A stretch of 64,000 nucleotides of DNA from an uncultured Gemmatimonadales bacterium (GTDB lineage: Bacteria > Gemmatimonadota > Gemmatimonadetes > Gemmatimonadales > Gemmatimonadaceae): NCBI GenBank assembly GCA_963701965.1, contig OY969695.1, positions 2,368,001-2,432,000 of the forward strand, read 5' to 3'. The translations under genes were made by a program, and so were the position numbers. Under the pieces are notes generated by a model, which was not told where the DNA came from, did not search any database, and saw only the letters and a program-made list of their open reading frames with translations. The stretch's first letter is position 1. Each line of letters opens with the position of its first letter. Positions 58,213 to 64,000 of the stretch are shown in pieces.

Positions 58213-61200
58213 GGTGCACGGCGAATTGCTCGGCGATGGGCGTGGCTTCGGGCAGCTCGACTTCCTCGAGCGGCTCGCTCTTCCGGATGGCGGCGTAGAT
58301 CACCGGCACGACGACCAGTGTGTAGATGCTGGCGACCAGCAGCCCGCCGATGACGGCGCGGCCCAGCGGGGCGTTCTGTTCGCCGCCCTCGGTAAGGGCC
58401 AGCGCCATTGGGACCATGCCGATGATCATGGCCAGAGCGGTCATGATCACGGGCCGGAGTCGTGTCACACCGGCCTCGATGGCCGCGCCGTCGGAGTCGA
58501 AGCCGCCCTTGCGGGCGTCGTCGGCGAACGTAATGAGCAGCACGCTATTGGACGTCGCGACGCCGAGGGACATGATCGTCCCCATGAGCGACGGGACGCT
58601 GAACGTCGTGCCCGTGACGAAGAGCGACCACAGGACGCCGGAGAGCGCACCGGGCAGCGCCATGACAATGACGAGCGGATCGAGCCAGGTCTGGAAGTTC
58701 ACGACGAGCAGGATGTACACCAGAATGAGCGCGGCGAAGATCCCGCCGATCAGCCCGGCGAACGAGGCCCGCATCTGCAGGACTTGCCCCCGCATGACGA
58801 TGCGCGAGCCCGTCGGGAGCTTGGTGTGGGCGATGATCGCGTCCACATCGTGGGCCACGCCGCCCAGGTCGCGGCCGGTGGCGCGGGCGTAGACGTCGAA
58901 CGCCGGTTGAATGTTGTAGTGGCTGATGCTCGCCGGCACCACGCGGCGCGTCGTCGTGGCCAGGTTGGCGAACAACTGCGTGGGGATGCCCCCGGCCGCC
59001 GCGGTCACCGGGGTCTGCGCGAGATCGTCGATCGAGTGAATCTTGTACTGCGGCGTTTGGACGCTGACGGTGTAGTTGACACCGTTGGTCGGATCCAGCC
59101 AGAAGTTGGGCGCCGAGGCGAAGCTCGAGCTGAGGGAGACCAGCAGCGCCGAGGCGACGTCGCGTTGCGTGAGACCGACGGTTTGGGCGCGGGCGCGATC
59201 GACATTGAAAAAGATTTCGGGCTCGTCGACGACCTGTCCCACCCGGACGTCGGATGCGCCGGGCAACTGGCGGATCTCATCGGCCAGGCGTTGCGCCACC
59301 ATATAGTTGCTGTCGCGCTGCCTGCCGACGATCTGGACATCGATCGGCGCCGCGAGCCCCTGGTTCAGGACCTGGGTGACGACGTCGGCCGGCTGATACC
59401 AGAATTGGTCGCCCGGAAACTCGCGGCCGAGCGAGTCGCGAAGCGATTGCTGATAATCGGCGGTCTTGCCGTGGCGCTTTTCGCTGAGGGTGACCAGGAT
59501 CTCGCCCTCGGACGGCCCGATGATCGAGAGGTCCCCCGTCGCCAGCGCCACGCCGCCGCCGGCCAACCCGATATTCGTGCGCATGAGCTCGATATCTTGG
59601 GGCGGGATCAGCCGGCGGATCGTCCGCTCGACCTCGCCGAACACCAGCTCGCTGGATTCGAGTCGCGTTCCGGCCGGCAGTCGCACGTGCAGCCGGAACT
59701 GCCCGGCGTCGACTGACGGGAAGAAGTCCTCGCCGATCCCCGGGATCAGAAGCAAGCTGGCGGCGACGAAGAGGAACGCCAGCGCCATGACGGGTGTGCG
59801 GTGCCGCATGGCCGCCCGGAGCACCAGCTCGTACTTGTGCTTGAACGCCTCGAATCGTTCCTCGACCCACGCGTTCATGCGCCACAGGCCGCCCGCGCGG
59901 CGCCGTTTTTCCAGGGAGACCTCTTCGCCGCCCTGGTACATCTCGACTTCGTCCTTGAGCATGTGGTGCACCATGGTCGGCACCAGCGTGCGGGACAACA
60001 AATACGACGCCAAAATGGCGAAGATCACGGCCAGCGCCAGCGGGCGGAACAGGGCTGACGCGGCGCCGCTCAGAAAGAAGATCGGGACGAACACGATGCA
60101 AATCGACACCGAGGCCATGAACGCTGGCGCCGCGACCTGGGAGGCCGCGTCGATGATCGACTGCAGGATGTTCTTCCCTTGGCCCATGTTGCGGTGGACG
60201 TTCTCGATCTCGACCGTGGCATCGTCGACGAGGATGCCGACCGCGAGGGCCAGGCCGCCGAGCGACTGAATGTTGATCGTCTCGCCGAGGGCGTAGAGGC
60301 AGATGATCGACGTCATGATGGAGAGCGGGATCGACGTCGCGACGATCACGGTGCTCTTCCAGCTGCCCAGGAAGAACAGGATCATGAGCGCGGTCAGACA
60401 GGCGGCGCTCGCCGCCTCGATGATCACGCCTTTGATGGCGTTCCGGACATAGGTCGACTGATCCTGAATGATGCTCAGATCGATCCCGGGCGGGATCACC
60501 TTTTGCGTGATCGGGAGCAGCGCGCGGATGTGATTGACGACATCGATGGTGGACGCTTTACCGAATTTGAGCACGTCGAGATAGGCGCCGCGGCGGCCGT
60601 TGATCCGCACGATGTTCGTCTGGACACCCTTGCCTTCGCGCACGTGCGCCACGTCGCGGATGTAGATCATCCGACCGGCGACCGCCTTGATCGGCGCGTC
60701 GTCCAGCTGCTCGACGATGTCCGGACTGGAGTTCAGGGCGATCTGGTACTCTTTGTCGCCCATCTTGGCGGTGCCCGCCGGCAGAATGATGTTCTGATTG
60801 CTGATAGCGACCGCGATGTCGTTCGGCGACAGGCCTTTCTGGTAGAGCAGAGTCGGATCGATGTCGACCATGACCTGTTTGGGCGGGCCGCCGAACACCG
60901 GCGGCAGATTGGCGCCCTGGGCGGTCACCAGCTGCGGTCGGACGAACTGGTTGCCAATGTCGTTCAGGTCCTGCTCGCCGAGCGTCGTGCTGGCGATGCC
61001 CACTTCCATGACGGCCACGTCCGTGGCGCTATACCGGATGATGTACGGCGGGGTCGTCCCGGGCGGCATCTGCCGCAAAATGGCCTGGCAAGTCCCCGCG
61101 ATCTGCGCGATCGCGGCCGAGACGTCGCCGCTGGGCTGTATGTAGACGCGAATGATCGCGATGCCGTCGAGAGAGACCGACTCGATGTGTTCGATATCGG

Positions 61201-61426
61201 CGACGCCGGTCGTGAATGCGCGCTCGGAGAGCGTCACCATCCGCCCCTCCATGTCGCGCGCCGGCAGCCCGCCGAACGACCACACGACGGACACGATCGG
61301 GATGTTCGTGGATGGGAAGATGTCCGTCGTCATCGACAGCGCGGCGAACGCGCCGAACAACATCATGATGATCGCGAGGCACGCGGTCGTGTACGGTCGC
61401 CGCAATGCCAGTCGGACTATCCACAT
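58205..61426 (-). CDS. RND efflux permease (AcrB/CusA family)
   Basis: 1073 aa; DIFP, GILVDDATVEIEN and RLRPVIMT motifs. Confidence 0.95.
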   Translation of the reverse strand: MWIVRLALRRPYTTACLAIIMMLFGAFAALSMTTDIFPSTNIPIVSVVWSFGGLPARDMEGRMVTLSERAFTTGVADIEHIESVSLDGIAIIRVYIQPSGDVSAAIAQIAGTCQAILRQMPPGTTPPYIIRYSATDVAVMEVGIASTTLGEQDLNDIGNQFVRPQLVTAQGANLPPVFGGPPKQVMVDIDPTLLYQKGLSPNDIAVAISNQNIILPAGTAKMGDKEYQIALNSSPDIVEQLDDAPIKAVAGRMIYIRDVAHVREGKGVQTNIVRINGRRGAYLDVLKFGKASTIDVVNHIRALLPITQKVIPPGIDLSIIQDQSTYVRNAIKGVIIEAASAACLTALMILFFLGSWKSTVIVATSIPLSIMTSIICLYALGETINIQSLGGLALAVGILVDDATVEIENVHRNMGQGKNILQSIIDAASQVAAPAFMASVSICIVFVPIFFLSGAASALFRPLALAVIFAILASYLLSRTLVPTMVHHMLKDEVEMYQGGEEVSLEKRRRAGGLWRMNAWVEERFEAFKHKYELVLRAAMRHRTPVMALAFLFVAASLLLIPGIGEDFFPSVDAGQFRLHVRLPAGTRLESSELVFGEVERTIRRLIPPQDIELMRTNIGLAGGGVALATGDLSIIGPSEGEILVTLSEKRHGKTADYQQSLRDSLGREFPGDQFWYQPADVVTQVLNQGLAAPIDVQIVGRQRDSNYMVAQRLADEIRQLPGASDVRVGQVVDEPEIFFNVDRARAQTVGLTQRDVASALLVSLSSSFASAPNFWLDPTNGVNYTVSVQTPQYKIHSIDDLAQTPVTAAAGGIPTQLFANLATTTRRVVPASISHYNIQPAFDVYARATGRDLGGVAHDVDAIIAHTKLPTGSRIVMRGQVLQMRASFAGLIGGIFAALILVYILLVVNFQTWLDPLVIVMALPGALSGVLWSLFVTGTTFSVPSLMGTIMSLGVATSNSVLLITFADDARKGGFDSDGAAIEAGVTRLRPVIMTALAMIIGMVPMALALTEGGEQNAPLGRAVIGGLLVASIYTLVVVPVIYAAIRKSEPLEEVELPEATPIAEQFAVHHA

Positions 61427-61515
61427 ATGCGCCTTTTACGCGGCGGCGGTCGGATTCGATGGCCGATCGCATAGACTGCGCCGCCAATGACTGGCGCGAT
61501 ACTGTCGCCTGCCGA

Positions 61516-61734
61516 TTACTCCTCGGCCTCACGCACGAGCTCCCACATCCGAACGCCCAGGCCGCGCGCGATCCGGGACAGGCTGCCCATCGACACGTTT
61601 TGCTCGCCGCGCTCGACCTTCCCCACGTACGTGCGGTGCACCCCGCACGTGTTGGCGAAGCTCTCTTGCGAGAACCCCAGGCGTACGCGGCGCTCTCGAA
61701 CGCTCGTTCCGAGCCTGACCAACAGTGGTGACAT
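61516..61734 (-). CDS. XRE-family HTH regulator
   Basis: SQESFANTCGVHRTYVGKVERGEQNVS (HTH_3). Confidence 0.88.
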   Translation of the reverse strand: MSPLLVRLGTSVRERRVRLGFSQESFANTCGVHRTYVGKVERGEQNVSMGSLSRIARGLGVRMWELVREAEE

Positions 61735-61857
61735 CGAAGGCCAAGAGTGCGCGTGACGGGCGTGCGATTCCACACCCAGCGAGGCGCCACCCGATGGTGG
61801 GCGCCCCCCAAGACTCGCTCACTGCCTAGACACCGGAGACGGACGCTATTATGCCGC

Positions 61858-63060
61858 ATGCTCCGACACCCCATCTTGCTGATCGTTCTGATGGTCGCCA
61901 ACGTCGCGCTGGCGCAGACGACGAAGCCGCGGGCCCGCGACCTGGGCGTGCCGTTCGACGGCGCCCCGGGTCCACTCGATGCGATCACCGACGTCACCGG
62001 GGTCACCGTTGGGCAAACGACGATCATACAGGGCGAGGGGAAGCTCGTGGCCGGCAAAGGCCCGGTGCGGACGGGCGTGACGGCGATCTTTCCCCGCGGC
62101 AATCACGCCGTCGATCCGGTGTTCGGCGGGTGGTTCACGCTGAATGGCAACGGCGAGATGACCGGCACGACGTGGTTGGAGGAGAACGGATTCCTGCGCG
62201 GGCCGATCGTGATCACCAACACGATCAGCGTGGGCACGGTACACGACGCGGTGATCGCGTGGCAATTCAAGAATGTCCCGGAAGCCGACTGGTCCCTGCC
62301 GTTCGTCGCCGAGACGTGGGACGGCGGGCTCAATGACATCTATGGATTTCACGTCACGCCCGAGGATGTGTTCAAGGCAATGGACCACGCCACGACGGGT
62401 CCAGTGGCCGAGGGCGACGTCGGCGGGGGCACGGGGATGGTGTGCCACGAGTTCAAGGGCGGCATCGGGACCGCGTCGCGCAAACTGTCCGCGCGCGAGG
62501 GCGGCTACACGGTCGGCGTCCTGGCCCAATGCAACTACGGCTTGCGGCGACGGCTGACCATCGCGGGCGTACCGGTTGGCAAGGAGATTCCCGAGCCTCT
62601 GCCTTGCTTCGCCGGGCACTGGACCTATCCGCCGCGGCAGGAATACCGCACGTGCGATAAACCCGGGGTCGCCCGCGACGGCGACCAGGGCTCGATCATC
62701 GTCGTTGTCGCCACGGACGCGCCGCTGCTCCCGCACCAACTCAAGCGCATCGCGAAACGCGTGTCACTCGGCATCGGCCGCACTGGCGGACTCGGCGGCG
62801 ATTCCTCCGGCGACATCTACATCGCCTTCTCGACGGCCAACCCCAACGCCGCCGACCCGAAGAGCGTGCGCCCGCTCTCCATGTTGCCGAACGAGGCGAT
62901 CGACCCGTTGTTCGAAGCCACGGTCGAGGCGACGCACGAAGCGATCGTCAACGCGCTCGTCGCCGCCGAAACGATGGTCGGCGCCGACTCGCTGCGCGTG
63001 CCCGCGCTGCCGCACGACCGTCTCCGCGCCGCGCTCGCCAAGTACAATCGCTTGCACTAG
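61858..63060 (+). CDS. P1/S58 family peptidase (DmpA-like aminopeptidase), secreted
   Basis: RARDLG, AITDVTGV, RTGVT, NGNGEMTG, GGGTGM, KGGIGTASR and the autocleavage site G|SIIVVVATDAPL. Confidence 0.93.
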   Translation: MLRHPILLIVLMVANVALAQTTKPRARDLGVPFDGAPGPLDAITDVTGVTVGQTTIIQGEGKLVAGKGPVRTGVTAIFPRGNHAVDPVFGGWFTLNGNGEMTGTTWLEENGFLRGPIVITNTISVGTVHDAVIAWQFKNVPEADWSLPFVAETWDGGLNDIYGFHVTPEDVFKAMDHATTGPVAEGDVGGGTGMVCHEFKGGIGTASRKLSAREGGYTVGVLAQCNYGLRRRLTIAGVPVGKEIPEPLPCFAGHWTYPPRQEYRTCDKPGVARDGDQGSIIVVVATDAPLLPHQLKRIAKRVSLGIGRTGGLGGDSSGDIYIAFSTANPNAADPKSVRPLSMLPNEAIDPLFEATVEATHEAIVNALVAAETMVGADSLRVPALPHDRLRAALAKYNRLH

Positions 63061-63069
63061 GTTGCCGGA

Positions 63070-64000
63070 GTGACTACCCGGTATCCCCACTCGCATGTCT
63101 TTTACCGCAAGCTGCGGCGCACGTATCCGGAGATCGTGCGCGCGAGTGGATGCTGGCTCGAGGATGCGGACGGCAAGCGCTATCTCGACGGCAGCGGCGG
63201 CGCGTTCGTCGTGAACGTGGGGCACTGCGTGGCCGAGATCGGCGACGCAATGGCGGCCCAGGCCGCGCGCGTGGCGTACGTGAATGGCACCATGTTCACG
63301 CACGCGCCGGTCGAGGCGCTGGCCGTCGAGATCGCGCGGCGCTCGCCGGGCGATCTCTCGCTGGTGTATTTCCTGGGCTCCGGGTCCGAGGCCGTCGAAG
63401 CCGCGCTCAAGCTCTGCCGCCAATACTGGGTCGAGCGCGCACACCCGGGGAAGCACAAAGTCCTGGCGCTCACGCCGAGCTATCACGGCAACACGCTCTT
63501 GGCGCTGTCGGCCTCGGCCCGGGACTCGTATCGCGCCTTGTACCAGCAGTGGCTCGTCCCGGTCCCGCGCGTACCGGCGCCCTACGCGTATCGCTGCGCA
63601 TGCGGCGGCACCGGCGACCCGTGCGCCGCCTGCAGCGGCGACGCCTTGGAAGAAATCATACGACGCGAAGGCGCGGAGACCATTGCCGCGTTCATCGCCG
63701 AGCCCGTGGGCGGATCGTCCACGGGGGCTTCCGTGCCCAGGCCGGAGTATTGGCGCCGGGTGCGCGAGATCTGCGACCGGCATGGGGTATTATGGATCGC
63801 CGATGAAGTGCTCACCGGCGCCGGGCGCACCGGGACCTGGTCGGCGCTCGAGCCCTATGGGGTCGTGCCCGATCTCATGATCCTCGGCAAGGGGATCGGC
63901 GGCGGGTACGCGCCCCTCTCCGCGCTCGTCGCGCCGCGCCGCATCGTCGATGCCATCGCCGAGGGCAGCGGCGCGTTCCAACACGCCCAGACGTTTTCAC
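63070..64000 (+). CDS. Class III aminotransferase (PLP-dependent), 3'-truncated by the window edge
   Basis: My translation from GTG 63070 contains YLDGSGGA, SGSEAVEAALK, SYHGNT, AFIAEP, IADEVLTG and PDLMILGKG. Confidence 0.92.
   Translation, partial: MTTRYPHSHVFYRKLRRTYPEIVRASGCWLEDADGKRYLDGSGGAFVVNVGHCVAEIGDAMAAQAARVAYVNGTMFTHAPVEALAVEIARRSPGDLSLVYFLGSGSEAVEAALKLCRQYWVERAHPGKHKVLALTPSYHGNTLLALSASARDSYRALYQQWLVPVPRVPAPYAYRCACGGTGDPCAACSGDALEEIIRREGAETIAAFIAEPVGGSSTGASVPRPEYWRRVREICDRHGVLWIADEVLTGAGRTGTWSALEPYGVVPDLMILGKGIGGGYAPLSALVAPRRIVDAIAEGSGAFQHAQTFS

Overview
High-GC bacterial chromosomal window. Gene content (TonB receptor, TolC, GT9) indicates a Gram-negative organism, and several hypothetical families look Gemmatimonadota-like (my inference). 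Most of it is ordinary housekeeping and transport: PIG-L deacetylase, sucA, sufE, TonB receptor, mscS, recQ, RlmL-like methyltransferase, leuB, ABC, APC, MMPL and RND transporters, msrB, glk, a DmpA peptidase and a class III aminotransferase. Five genes carry single-base frameshifts that look like long-read indel errors. Four things stand out. (1) At 26.4-28.8 kb, an all-TPR cytoplasmic protein converges on an unannotated 49-aa lipoprotein-signal peptide ending in GGGVMIGGG, which is divergent from an AraC-type regulator. This is a candidate RRNPP-like peptide signalling module in a Gram-negative lineage. (2) Two related elements integrated in tandem into tRNA-Cys(GCA). They duplicated the 5' half of the tRNA plus its promoter rather than the usual 3' end. 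Cargo includes a collapsed xis/int, a TIGR04255 three-gene operon, a DUF2442 gene and an OLD-like ATPase/nuclease. (3) A REP/BIME-like GNA-triloop hairpin family with fully compensatory stem changes occurs once intergenically and twice in-frame inside virD4. (4) An orphan virD4-traF pair has no other T4SS genes in the window. All calls come from motif recognition by eye; no database searches were run.
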